A DNA stretch of 64,000 nt, from IMG/VR virus record IMGVR_UViG_3300028667_000050, positions 1 through 64,000 of that record. One strand, 5' to 3'. The stretch comes from a virus. Its lineage: Duplodnaviria; Caudoviricetes. The position numbers and the translations under genes were made by a program. Shown here in pieces: positions 10,280 through 19,688 of this stretch (position 1 is its first letter; every line of letters begins with the position of its first letter). The notes under the pieces are model-generated. The model saw only the letters and a program-made list of their open reading frames with translations, searched no databases and was not told the origin of the DNA.

Positions 10280-10376
10280 GGTGCAGGGCGGTGATGGGCG
10301 TACCCTAAACTATATATATATACTAAAAAATAGTCCTTATACATAGTTCTATATATGCCCTTCATCGCCTTGCACC
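10280..10376. other. Candidate replication origin
   Basis: 20-bp imperfect inverted repeat (10280-10299 / 10357-10376) around an AT-rich (TA)n core, directly after the primase. Confidence 0.5.
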
Positions 10377-10444
10377 TTTTATTGATGAAAAAGCTGAAAA
10401 CTAAGGCTGACACTTGATTTGGCAGAATTGTGCGGGAGGTAAGA

Positions 10445-10732
10445 ATGAAAGAGAAAGCAATTGAACTGTATTTTGTTAAAAAAGTAAAAGCTATGGGAGG
10501 CATGGCCATAAAATTTGTCAGTCCTGGTTTTGATGGGCTGCCGGACAGATTAGTGCTTTTACCTAAAAACAAGCTGGCCTTTGTAGAATTGAAAGCTCCT
10601 GGTAAGAAGCCGAGGGCTTTGCAGATAAAAAGGATGGAGCAATTAACTAGCTTTGGATTTAAATGCTTTGTGGTTGATACCAAAGAAGCAGTAGATGTCA
10701 CTATTGCTGAGTTAGGAGGTGATGCCCAATGA
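10445..10732 (+). CDS. VRR-NUC nuclease
   Basis: GLPDRLVLL...FVELKAPGKKPRALQ. Confidence 0.9.
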   Translation: MKEKAIELYFVKKVKAMGGMAIKFVSPGFDGLPDRLVLLPKNKLAFVELKAPGKKPRALQIKRMEQLTSFGFKCFVVDTKEAVDVTIAELGGDAQ

Positions 10733-12094
10733 AGTTCATACCTCATAAATACCAGGAATTTGCTGTTAATCATATTTTAGAGCACCCGATTTCTGCTTTG
10801 TTTTTGGATATGGGCTTAGGTTAGCAAAACTGTTATTACACTTACAGCTATTAAGAAGCTGATGCAAGATTGTTTTGAAATTGGCAAGGTGTTAGTCATT
10901 GCACCTTTAAGGGTAGCTCAAAACACCTGGCCGGCAGAAATAGGCAAATGGGAACACCTAAATGATTTAACTTACTCTGTAGCCATAGGCACAGAAGCAG
11001 AACGCAAAGCTGCCTTAAATACAAAAGCAGACATCTATCTTATCAATCGGGAAAACGTAGACTGGTTGATTAATAAAAGTGGTATGCCATTTGATTATGA
11101 CATGGTTGTTATTGATGAGCTGTCCAGCTTTAAGTCTTACAGCGCTAAAAGGTTTAAAAGCCTGATGAAGGTAAGGCATAAGGTTAAACGGATAGTTGGC
11201 CTTACCGGAACACCTAGTACTAATGGCCTCATGGACTTGTGGGCAGAATTCAGGGTACTGGATATGGGCCACAGGCTAGGGTATTATATTTCGCAGTACA
11301 GAAATAACTACTTTACTCCTGATAAAAGAAATGCCCAGATCATCTTTTCCTATAAACCACTACCAGGAGCTGAAGAAGCTATCTATCAGGCTATTTCAGA
11401 CATTACTATTTCCATGAAGTCTAAGGATTACCTAGATATGCCAGAATGCATAATGAACGAAGTGCCGGTTTACCTTTCTGATAAAGAAAGAGCACTATAT
11501 GACCAGCTTCGTAAGGACATGGTGCTTTCTTTAGGCGAAGAAGAGATAGACGCTGTAAATGCAGCAGTTCTTTCTGGCAAGCTTATCCAGATGGCCAATG
11601 GTGCAGTTTATGGTGACAATAATAGAGCTTTATGTATTCATGACAGAAAGCTTGATGCCCTGGAAGATTTAATAGAAGGAGCTAATGGTAAGCAGGTGCT
11701 GGTAGCTTATTGGTACAAACACGACTTGGAGCGCATTAAGAAGCGCTTTGAAGTTCGGGAGATTAAAAGTAACAATGACATTGAAGAGTGGAATGCAGGG
11801 AAAATACCGGTGGCAGTCATTCACCCTGCCTCTGCTGGTCATGGTCTTAACTTACAGGCCGGCGGATCTACCTTGATTTGGTTTGGTCTTACTTGGTCGT
11901 TGGAGCTTTATCAACAGACCAATGCCAGACTCTGGCGGCAGGGACAAAAGCAGAGCGTAGTAATTCACCACATCATTGCCAAGAACACCATTGATGAGAA
12001 TGTTATGAAAGCTTTAACGGTTAAGGATAGAACGCAGGAAGCATTGATTAAGGCTGTGAAGGCTAATCTGGGAGGTGAAATTTATGCAGGATAA
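10729..12094 (+). CDS. SNF2-family helicase (frameshift near 10820)
   Basis: MKFIPHKYQ...LFLDMGLG[K]T, VVIDELS, GLTGTP, GHGLNLQ, QTNARLWRQGQ. Confidence 0.9.
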
Positions 12095-12308
12095 AGTTAA
12101 TCATCCAAGCCACTACACAGCCGGTAAGGTTGAATGTATTGATGCTATAGAAGCTGCTGTTATTGGTTTGGTAGGTTTAGAAGCTGTTTGTACAGCTAAT
12201 GTTATAAAGTACCTCTGGCGCTGGAAACTAAAGAACGGTGCAGAAGATTTGCAAAAGGCTAAGTGGTACCTGGAAAAGCTTATTGCTACTCAGGGGGTGG
12301 TAAAATGA
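12084..12308 (+). CDS. DUF3310 protein
   Basis: DKVNHPSHY...ECID...NVIKYLWRWKLKNGAEDLQKAKWYL. Confidence 0.88.
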   Translation: MQDKVNHPSHYTAGKVECIDAIEAAVIGLVGLEAVCTANVIKYLWRWKLKNGAEDLQKAKWYLEKLIATQGVVK

Positions 12309-12589
12309 AACAAGTAAGGTTCGGACCATATGAAGTACTGGCCAATGCGATTATCATAACGGCTGCTGAGGATTTCAGGAATGGGATAAAGATTCTTAGA
12401 CGTCATCTTGGAAAGAGACCTCAAGATGTTAAATCGGATAAGTACAAGGATTGGTTTGAGGATAAGAAAAAATATTACAGGGACCTTCGTGACATTAAGA
12501 GGTTCTTTCACTCCAGATGGTTCGGAGTATTGTCACAGGCGGATGGAACGGTAATATATGAAAGCCTAAGGAGCGAGGTGAGAAGATGA
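12305..12589 (+). CDS. Hypothetical phage protein
   Basis: ANAIIITAAEDFR...IKRFFHSRWFGVLS; translationally coupled to neighbours. Confidence 0.65.
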   Translation: MKQVRFGPYEVLANAIIITAAEDFRNGIKILRRHLGKRPQDVKSDKYKDWFEDKKKYYRDLRDIKRFFHSRWFGVLSQADGTVIYESLRSEVRR

Positions 12590-13011
12590 CACCACAGCAG
12601 TATCTGAGCCAGGCTCATCGGCTAGATATGTATATAACTTCAAACCTAGCAGAGCTAGAGAGAATACGCAGCGAGTGCAACAATATATCGTCACCCAGTC
12701 TTGAACCACATTACAATGCAAGCCGTAATATAAAGGCACCCTTTGATGGTAAGGTGGAAAAAGCAATGGTCCTGGAGCAGGAGATTCGTGAACAGGTTAA
12801 CCATCTTCTAGAACTAAAGACTCAGATAAGGCAGACCATCAACTCTCTTTCTAGTATGGATGAGAGGATGGTGCTGCGGTATCATTACCTGGAATCTCTG
12901 CCTTGGGAAGAAGTTGCGATGAAGATGCATACGGGTAGGAGTACTGTACGCAGATGGCATAATAGGGCTCTTCATAATATAAAAATGCCGGAGTTACCGA
13001 TGATTTTATAA
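12586..13011 (+). CDS. ArpU/RinA-like (DUF1492) late transcriptional activator
   Basis: C-terminal sigma4-like HTH (VLRYHYL...WEEVA...RRWHNRAL); position just before the packaging genes. Confidence 0.8.
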   Translation: MTPQQYLSQAHRLDMYITSNLAELERIRSECNNISSPSLEPHYNASRNIKAPFDGKVEKAMVLEQEIREQVNHLLELKTQIRQTINSLSSMDERMVLRYHYLESLPWEEVAMKMHTGRSTVRRWHNRALHNIKMPELPMIL

Positions 13012-13025
13012 AAGTTGGACAGCTT

Positions 13026-13062
13026 TGAGCACTTTTGAGCACAAATGAGCACCTTTGAGCAC
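13026..13062 (+). repeat. Four TGAGCAC repeats at 10-bp spacing
   Basis: Copies at 13026, 13036, 13046 and 13056, upstream of the late operon. Confidence 0.9.
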
Positions 13063-13177
13063 TTGTGGGCAGGGATTGACTATGATATAGTTAAGCTAGG
13101 AGAATTGGATAAAGAAGCAACAGCCTTGGAGGAGCAATCCTTCAGGGCTATTTTTATGCCCAAATGGAGGTAATGAT

Positions 13178-13537
13178 TTGCCAAGAAGACCGAAGCGTCC
13201 GTGTTCTTATCCGGGCTGCCCAAGACTGACTGAAGGACGATACTGTGAAGAACATCAGAAGCTGACAGATAAGAACTACAACAAGTACGAACGCAATCCA
13301 GTTCATAAGAAACGATACGGCAGAGCCTGGAGGTTCATCCGTGCCACCTATGCAAAGGCGCATCCGTTGTGTGAGCAGTGTCTTGCAGAAGGAAGGTATG
13401 TGGCAACAGAGCAGATACATCACAAGCTGCCATTGTCTCAAGGCGGTACAAATGATGTTTCCAATCTCATGGCCCTGTGCAGAAGCTGCCATTCCCGGAT
13501 TCATGCGAAGATGGGTGACAGATGGAGAAGAAAATGA
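13178..13537 (+). CDS. Packaging-associated HNH endonuclease
   Basis: PKRPCSYPGC...HPLCEQC...QIHHKLPLSQGG..NLMALCRSCHSRIH. Confidence 0.9.
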   Translation: MPRRPKRPCSYPGCPRLTEGRYCEEHQKLTDKNYNKYERNPVHKKRYGRAWRFIRATYAKAHPLCEQCLAEGRYVATEQIHHKLPLSQGGTNDVSNLMALCRSCHSRIHAKMGDRWRRK

Positions 13538-14049
13538 CTACGAAAATTAGACCTATTCCTAAGTATTATGGTTACTATGCAGACGAAGAAGGAAATATTT
13601 ATTCTGCAAAAGCTGGTTTTATGAGAAAGCTGGCACAGCGTGTGCATAAAAATTACTATCATGTTTCTGTTAGAGACAGCGGTTTTCCGACTAAAACACA
13701 TAAAGAACCTGTGCATAAGTTGGTATTGAATGCATTTGTTGGAGAAAGACATAGTGATTTAGTGTGCAGGCATTTGAACGGTAATTCACTTGATAATAGA
13801 TTGATTAATCTGCGCTGGGGAACTGCAAAAGAAAATGCACAAGACTCCATAAAACACGGGACAGCCGTTTGTTTAAGGCATGGAGAAAATGCAGTAGCCG
13901 CAAAATTAAAATTGTATGAAGTGCTAAATATTAAGAAACTGTACAGACAAGGTGCAACACAAAAATTGCTGGGTAGGATGTTCAATGTAACGCAGAGACA
14001 TATAAGTGATATTATATGCGGCAACACGTGGAAACGTGATGTAGTCTAA
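13534..14049 (+). CDS. HNH homing-type endonuclease with C-terminal HTH
   Basis: VHKLVLNAFVG...CRHLNGNSLDNRLINLRWGTAKENAQD (HNH_3-like). Confidence 0.8.
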   Translation: MTTKIRPIPKYYGYYADEEGNIYSAKAGFMRKLAQRVHKNYYHVSVRDSGFPTKTHKEPVHKLVLNAFVGERHSDLVCRHLNGNSLDNRLINLRWGTAKENAQDSIKHGTAVCLRHGENAVAAKLKLYEVLNIKKLYRQGATQKLLGRMFNVTQRHISDIICGNTWKRDVV

Positions 14050-14145
14050 GGGTAGGGCGGTCAACATCTTAGAACGCAGTATTCATGCGGTCGGGCGCTT
14101 GGTCAAACGCATAAAAACGCGAAAGTTTTAGGGGTATTAACCCTT
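14050..14145. other. Probable cos region
   Basis: GC-rich gggcggtcaa...cggtcgggcg...aaacgcgaaa tract between the HNH genes and terS; exact cut site not determinable. Confidence 0.4.
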
Positions 14146-14168
14146 GGAAAATAAGGAGTGTGATTTTA

Positions 14169-14708
14169 ATGGGTAAAAGGGGCCCGGCTAAGGGAACTGG
14201 AGGCAGGCCAAATAAGCCATTGCTAGACAAAATTACCGAAGGAAATCCTGGTAAAAGACCACTAAAAGTAATTAGTTTTAATAATGTGGCAGATTTAAAA
14301 GGTGAAGATATGCCTAAACCCAGTGAAATGCTTTCTGCTGTGCAAAGAGACGGTAAAACTTTGCAGGCTAAGGAGATTTATGAAGCAACCTGGGAATGGT
14401 TAAACAAGAGAGGATGCGCAGTGTACATCCAACCGCAGATGCTGGAACGTTATGCTATGGCAGCAGCTAGATGGATTCATTGTGAAGAGATAATTACTAG
14501 TACTGGCTATTTGTCTAAGCATCCTACAACGGGAGCAGCTATTACATCTCCTTACGTAACTATGAGCCAAAACTATATGTCTCAGGCCAATCGCCTATGG
14601 AATGAAATATTTGCTGTGGTTAAAGAAAACTCTGCAGCTGAGTATAATGGCAGCTCTCCGCAAGATTCTATGATGGAAAGATTGCTTAGAGCTAGGGAGG
14701 GCCGATAA
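14169..14708 (+). CDS. terS: Terminase small subunit (P27 family)
   Basis: GKRGPAKGTGGRP...LERYAMAAARW...HPTTGAAITSPYV...MMERLL. Confidence 0.85.
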   Translation: MGKRGPAKGTGGRPNKPLLDKITEGNPGKRPLKVISFNNVADLKGEDMPKPSEMLSAVQRDGKTLQAKEIYEATWEWLNKRGCAVYIQPQMLERYAMAAARWIHCEEIITSTGYLSKHPTTGAAITSPYVTMSQNYMSQANRLWNEIFAVVKENSAAEYNGSSPQDSMMERLLRAREGR

Positions 14709-14878
14709 TGATTAAAGCGAAACAAGGAGAATTACAAAAATTCAAACAGGACCTGGGACAGTACAAAAAAGTACTTACAAGGCAGCAATTATTAACCTTA
14801 AAAGGCCTGGCTAAGTCTGGTAACGTTACCGGAGCATATAAAGGCCTTAAAAAGATACTAGAAAGGAAAAGTGCATAA
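14708..14878 (+). CDS. Small hypothetical protein (56 aa)
   Basis: MIKAKQGELQKFKQDLGQYKKVLTRQQLLTLKGLAKSG...; stop/start overlaps at both ends. Confidence 0.6.
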   Translation: MIKAKQGELQKFKQDLGQYKKVLTRQQLLTLKGLAKSGNVTGAYKGLKKILERKSA

Positions 14879-16119
14879 TGCTTATTGAAAAGAAAAAGAC
14901 AGCTGAACTTATCCCAGCTGAATATAATCCTCGTAAGGATTTAAAGCCTGGTGATCCTGAATATGAAAAGTTAAAACGTTCCTTGGAGCAGTTCGGATAT
15001 GTGGAACCTGTTATTTGGAATAAGACTACCGGTAGAGTAGTAGGTGGACACCAGAGATTAAAAGTCCTCATAGACATGGGCATTCAGGAAGTTGAATGTG
15101 TAGTTGTGGAACTAAGCGAAGAGAAAGAAAAGGCCCTTAACATTGCTTTGAACAAGATTAGCGGTGCTTGGGACAATGAAAAGTTGGCGCTTTTGATTAC
15201 TGATTTGCAGGGCGCTGATTTTGATGTTTCTTTAACGGGCTTTGATGCCGCCGAGATTGATGATTTGTTTAAAGAGTCTTTACAAGATGGCATCAAAGAT
15301 GATGACTTTGATGTAGAAGCTGAGCTTAAAAAGCCGGCTGTAAGTAAGCTAGGTGACCTTTGGCAGCTAGGAAACCACAGATTGTACTGTGGAGATTCTA
15401 CTAAAAAGGAAACTTATGAACTGCTCATGGCAGGCAAGCTGGCCAACCTGGTGGTTACCGATCCACCGTATAACGTTAACTACGAAGGAAACGCCGGCAA
15501 GATAAAGAACGACAACATGGGGAACGATGCTTTCTACCAATTCCTCTTTGACTCCTTTTTCAATATGGAAAAGGTCATGGCAGACGATGCCAGCATCTAT
15601 GTGTTCCATTCGGACACGGAAGGGCTTAACTTTAGGAAAGCCTTCTCAGACGCAGGCTTTTATTTGTCCGGTACCTGCATCTGGAAGAAGCAGAGCCTGG
15701 TGCTGGGCAGGAGCCCGTACCAATGGCAGCACGAGCCTATCTTGTTTGGCTGGAAGAAGAAGGGCAGGCACCAATGGTACACCGGCCGGAAGGAATCCAC
15801 TATCTGGGAGTATGACAAGCCCAAGAAGAACGAATACCATCCAACCATGAAACCCGTGCCTCTGATTGCCTATCCCATTATGAATTCCAGCATGAGCAAC
15901 TGCCTGGTGCTGGATCCCTTTGGTGGTAGCGGGACCACCTTGATTGCCTGCGAGCAAAGTAAGCGCATCTGCTACATGGTCGAGCTGGATGAGAAGTACT
16001 GCGATGTTATAGTTAAGCGCTATATTGAGCTGGTCGGTAGTACTGATAATGTAACAGTACAAAGAGATGGTTTAACCTATAAATATAGTGAGCTTAAAGC
16101 AGAGGGAAAGCCGCTGTGA
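14878..16119 (+). CDS. ParB-N fused N6/N4 DNA methyltransferase
   Basis: YNPRKDL ParB-like N-terminus; TDPPY; HPTMKP; LDPFGGSGTT. Confidence 0.92.
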   Translation: MLIEKKKTAELIPAEYNPRKDLKPGDPEYEKLKRSLEQFGYVEPVIWNKTTGRVVGGHQRLKVLIDMGIQEVECVVVELSEEKEKALNIALNKISGAWDNEKLALLITDLQGADFDVSLTGFDAAEIDDLFKESLQDGIKDDDFDVEAELKKPAVSKLGDLWQLGNHRLYCGDSTKKETYELLMAGKLANLVVTDPPYNVNYEGNAGKIKNDNMGNDAFYQFLFDSFFNMEKVMADDASIYVFHSDTEGLNFRKAFSDAGFYLSGTCIWKKQSLVLGRSPYQWQHEPILFGWKKKGRHQWYTGRKESTIWEYDKPKKNEYHPTMKPVPLIAYPIMNSSMSNCLVLDPFGGSGTTLIACEQSKRICYMVELDEKYCDVIVKRYIELVGSTDNVTVQRDGLTYKYSELKAEGKPL

Positions 16120-16147
16120 AGTATACTAGATACTTGCTCATAATGAC

Positions 16148-16177
16148 TTGCTAATTAACACCTTTAGAGCGAATATG
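16148..16177 (+). promoter_or_regulatory. TTGCT-N13-AGAGCGAATATG promoter-like motif
   Basis: Identical flanks at 17291-17320; variants on the minus strand at 2003-2032 and 56162-56191. Confidence 0.65.
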
Positions 16178-16206
16178 AACATACAAAAACAAAGGAGGCA
16201 ATTAGC

Positions 16207-16887
16207 ATGAGCGTACAATTTAAGGTTGAAAGCAGAAAAGAACTGGTGAAGGCTATCGAGGAACTTACCCTGGAAAAGGCTACCTACCAAGGCATGCCAA
16301 GCTGCGCTTACACCCTTGGCGGATTAACGCTGAGCAAGGATGGCACCCTGAGCTGGAACGAGAAGGTGAATGAAACAGCAGTGCAGAGCCTGGTCAAAAG
16401 ATTGCAGGAGAAGGGCTTTGAAATTGTGCAGGCTAGCGAAGAGCCGGAAGTCATTGGCTTTACGGTGGCTATGCCCAAGAGTCTTTTCACCCCGGAAAGC
16501 TGGGAAAACTTAAACAACCTTTTGACCGCCAAGGGCAGCCTGATTCAAAAAGCCTTTAACCTGGCTGCGTTGCCGGAAGCAATCGAAGAAGACGACAAGG
16601 TAACCTTCCCCTGGTTCAAGGTAGCACCCAGTGAGCCGGAAGTGGTTGAAGCCTACACCAGGTTCATAGCAGCCCTGGTGAAGATGGCCAGGGAGCAAAA
16701 GAGAGTGACAGCCAGGTCGCATCCGGTGGACAACGAAAAGTTCGCCTTCAGATGCTTCCTTTTACGGCTGGGATTTATAGGCAGCGAGTTTAAAACAGTT
16801 AGAAAAGTACTGCTGAGAAACCTAACCGGTTCTTCAGCATTCAAGGGAGGACGTAAAAGTGAGATTTCCAACCAAGGCAGTAATTGA
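16207..16887 (+). CDS. Conserved phage protein (often labelled virulence-related)
   Basis: NEKFAFRCFLLRLGFIGSEFKTVRKVLLRNLTGSSAFK. Confidence 0.75.
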   Translation: MSVQFKVESRKELVKAIEELTLEKATYQGMPSCAYTLGGLTLSKDGTLSWNEKVNETAVQSLVKRLQEKGFEIVQASEEPEVIGFTVAMPKSLFTPESWENLNNLLTAKGSLIQKAFNLAALPEAIEEDDKVTFPWFKVAPSEPEVVEAYTRFIAALVKMAREQKRVTARSHPVDNEKFAFRCFLLRLGFIGSEFKTVRKVLLRNLTGSSAFKGGRKSEISNQGSN

Positions 16888-17083
16888 CTGCCTCAAGGAA
16901 GAATTTCCAAAGGGGACCAGGGTGAGGCTGACCAAGATGGATGATGACCAGGCCCCGCCCATTGGTACCCTGGGTACCGTGACTGGCGTGGACGATACCG
17001 GAAGCGTCTTAGTGGATTGGGACAATGGTTCAGGCCTAAACGTAATTTTTGGAAAAGATATTTGCAGAAAGGTGACAACTTAA
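16859..17083 (+). CDS. DUF4314 protein
   Basis: FPKGTRVRLTKMDD..APPIGTLGTVTGVDDTGSVLVDWDNGS. Confidence 0.85.
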   Translation: MRFPTKAVIDCLKEEFPKGTRVRLTKMDDDQAPPIGTLGTVTGVDDTGSVLVDWDNGSGLNVIFGKDICRKVTT

Positions 17084-17084
17084 A

Positions 17085-17261
17085 ATGAATGCTACGGTCA
17101 AAGAGCAAATCTTAGATATTAGGAATACCGGACTGACGAATATGGTTGACGCTAACATGGTGCAGTTCCTGGCCAACCAGAAAGGCTACGTTGAACTTAT
17201 TGTTTTTATTGAGGAGCATAAGCGCGAATATGTGCGTTTCATCCTGACCGGCGAAGAGTAA
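17085..17261 (+). CDS. DUF5049-like protein
   Basis: VKEQILDIRNTGLTNM...EYVRFILTGEE. Confidence 0.75.
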   Translation: MNATVKEQILDIRNTGLTNMVDANMVQFLANQKGYVELIVFIEEHKREYVRFILTGEE

Positions 17262-17350
17262 AAAGATACTGTATACTTGCCGAATATCGCTTGCTATTAT
17301 GCACACTAAGAGCGAATATGTGTATAACAAAAAACAAGGAGGCAGGCATT

Positions 17351-17707
17351 ATGATAAAGATTAACGCATTTGAGAAGGCAGACAGAACCAAGGGGTTTAA
17401 AGAGCAGGGGTTAAGCGGCAACATTTACTGGGCTTACAGATACAGCCAGGAAGCAGGCAGCGACCTGCTGGACTTTAACGAAGCCATTTTTGACGAGGAT
17501 GTTGAAGAGATTGTAAAGTTCTGCAGAGAGCAGGGCATCAAGGAATTTACGATTTCCAGCAACTTTTCCGGCCTGGTCAGCACCCTGGACGCTTTCGACA
17601 AGCTGGGCTGCAAGATGAACGGCCTTACCCAGGTACCGCTGCGGTTTACCGAAGGCTACGGTTCAGAAAAGCACAAAGTTGTACCGGCCATCAAGATGAG
17701 CTTATAG
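17351..17707 (+). CDS. Hypothetical phage protein
   Basis: AAGGAGG RBS; YWAYRYS...LLDFNEAIF...EFTISSNFSGL. Confidence 0.7.
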   Translation: MIKINAFEKADRTKGFKEQGLSGNIYWAYRYSQEAGSDLLDFNEAIFDEDVEEIVKFCREQGIKEFTISSNFSGLVSTLDAFDKLGCKMNGLTQVPLRFTEGYGSEKHKVVPAIKMSL

Positions 17708-17719
17708 GAGGCGCGCGTT

Positions 17720-17944
17720 ATGTGGAGAACAGGAGCAATGCTGATTCGCGGTAAGGTTTACAAGTACCAGGTCAAGGTGTACGAGGCAGGCAGTGAGTAC
17801 GGTATCGAAGGCGGGAAGATTTCCAAGGCTTATGTTTCCAGGGATGGCATAGCGGTAGTAAACTACGACCGGGGCTGGAACCTGGAGCCGGTGGACGAAG
17901 GAGCTGCCCTGGCCTTAGGGATTTTGCTAAAGGAACATAACTAA
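17720..17944 (+). CDS. Hypothetical phage protein
   Basis: KVYEAGSEYGIEGGKISK...NYDRGW. Confidence 0.7.
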   Translation: MWRTGAMLIRGKVYKYQVKVYEAGSEYGIEGGKISKAYVSRDGIAVVNYDRGWNLEPVDEGAALALGILLKEHN

Positions 17945-18032
17945 ATAAAAAATGAACAGCGGCCGCAAGGCTCTGTTCGTCGTACAGTCGCTGCAAGGCG
18001 GCTATTTTTATTACCCAGAAAGGGAGGTAACG

Positions 18033-19637
18033 GTGCTGCGCAAGTTAAAAAGATATAAGGCCACAAAGTTTAAGGCCAAGGACTCTAAATACAGCAGGGA
18101 AGCAGCAGACTATGCCGTTAACTTCATAGAATGTTTGTGTCACACCAAAGGCACCTGGGCAGGCAAGCCTTTTGAGCTTATAGACTGGCAGGAGCAGATT
18201 ATCCGTGATATCTTTGGTACCTTAAAGCCCAATGGGTATAGGCAGTTCAATACGGCCTATATAGAGATACCAAAGAAGCAGGGCAAGTCTGAGCTGGCTG
18301 CCGCAGTAGCCTTGCTTTTATGCTGCGGGGATAATGAGGAAAGGGCGGAGGTGTATGGCTGTGCGGCCGACCGACAGCAGGCCTCCATTGTTTTTGAAGT
18401 GGCTGCGGACATGGTGCGCATGTGCCCGGCTTTAAATAAGAGAATAAAGATACTGGCTTCTCAGAAGCGTATTATTTTTCAGCCTACGAACAGCTTTTAC
18501 CAGGTCCTATCGGCAGAGGCCTATTCCAAGCACGGCTTTAATATACATGGAGTGGTTTTTGATGAGCTGCATACCCAGCCTAACAGGAAGCTCTTTGATG
18601 TAATGACTAAGGGCTCCGGTGATGCCAGGATGCAGCCTTTGTATTTCCTGATTACCACGGCCGGAACGGATACCAATTCCATCTGCTATGAAACACACCA
18701 GAAGGCTAAGGACATCCTGGAAGGCAGGAAGCACGATGCCACCTTCTATCCGGTAATATACGGAGCGGCTGAAACGGATGACTGGACTGATCCCAAGGTG
18801 TGGAAAAGGGTGAATCCGTCCTTAGGCATTACCGTGGGCATAGATAAGGTGAAAACAGCCTGCGAGTCTGCCAAGCAGAATCCGGGAGAAGAGAACTCCT
18901 TCAGGCAGCTCAGGCTCAACCAGTGGGTGAAGCAGTCCATTAGGTGGATGCCTATGGATAAGTGGGACGCCTGTGGTTTCAAGGTTTCTGAAGAGCAGCT
19001 GGAGGGAAGGGTATGTTATGGCGGACTGGACCTGTCCAGCACCACGGATATAACGGCCTTCGTGCTGGTCTTCCCGCCTTTGGATGAGGAGGATAAGTAC
19101 TGCGTCCTGCCATATTTCTGGATACCGGAAGAGAGCATGGATCTAAGGGTGATGCGTGACCATGTCCCTTACGATGTCTGGCAGAAGCAGGGTTTCTTAG
19201 AAACAACGGAAGGGAACGTGGTTCATTATGGGTACATAGAAAAGTTCATAGAAGAACTGGGAACCAGGTTTAATATTCGTGAGATAGCCTTTGACCGTTG
19301 GGGTGCTGTGCAGATGGTGCAGAATTTAGAGGGCATGGGCTTTACCGTAGTTCCCTTTGGCCAGGGTTTTAAGGATATGTCACCTCCTACCAAGGAGCTG
19401 ATGAAGCTGACCTTGGAAGAGCGACTTGCTCACGGAGGGCATCCTGTACTAAGGTGGATGATGGACAACATCTTCATCCGTACTGATCCTGCCGGCAACA
19501 TAAAAGCTGACAAAGAAAAATCCACAGAGAAGATTGACGGTGCCGTAGCCACGATAATGGCTCTTGATCGTGCAATTCGCTGTGGAAATGATAATGGTGC
19601 TTCTGTCTATGATGACAGAGGTATTTTGTTTGTGTAG
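18033..19637 (+). CDS. terL: Terminase large subunit
   Basis: YIEIPKKQGKS Walker A, VVFDELH Walker B, GGLDLSSTTD nuclease motif, KIDGAVA. Confidence 0.95.
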   Translation: MLRKLKRYKATKFKAKDSKYSREAADYAVNFIECLCHTKGTWAGKPFELIDWQEQIIRDIFGTLKPNGYRQFNTAYIEIPKKQGKSELAAAVALLLCCGDNEERAEVYGCAADRQQASIVFEVAADMVRMCPALNKRIKILASQKRIIFQPTNSFYQVLSAEAYSKHGFNIHGVVFDELHTQPNRKLFDVMTKGSGDARMQPLYFLITTAGTDTNSICYETHQKAKDILEGRKHDATFYPVIYGAAETDDWTDPKVWKRVNPSLGITVGIDKVKTACESAKQNPGEENSFRQLRLNQWVKQSIRWMPMDKWDACGFKVSEEQLEGRVCYGGLDLSSTTDITAFVLVFPPLDEEDKYCVLPYFWIPEESMDLRVMRDHVPYDVWQKQGFLETTEGNVVHYGYIEKFIEELGTRFNIREIAFDRWGAVQMVQNLEGMGFTVVPFGQGFKDMSPPTKELMKLTLEERLAHGGHPVLRWMMDNIFIRTDPAGNIKADKEKSTEKIDGAVATIMALDRAIRCGNDNGASVYDDRGILFV

Positions 19638-19688
19638 ATGTGGTGGTATAATATGAAAATAGAGAACATTTATGAGGAGATGGGGTAT

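Noticed and set aside
10810-10830. Amber (TAG) recoding in the SNF2 gene and other short TAG-terminated ORFs
   Set aside because: Continuity requires a frame change, not read-through; genuine genes also end in TAG
15360-16000. GC-richer patch inside the methylase (similar patch in terL)
   Set aside because: Probably ordinary phage mosaic recombination; no boundary repeats or insertion signature seen
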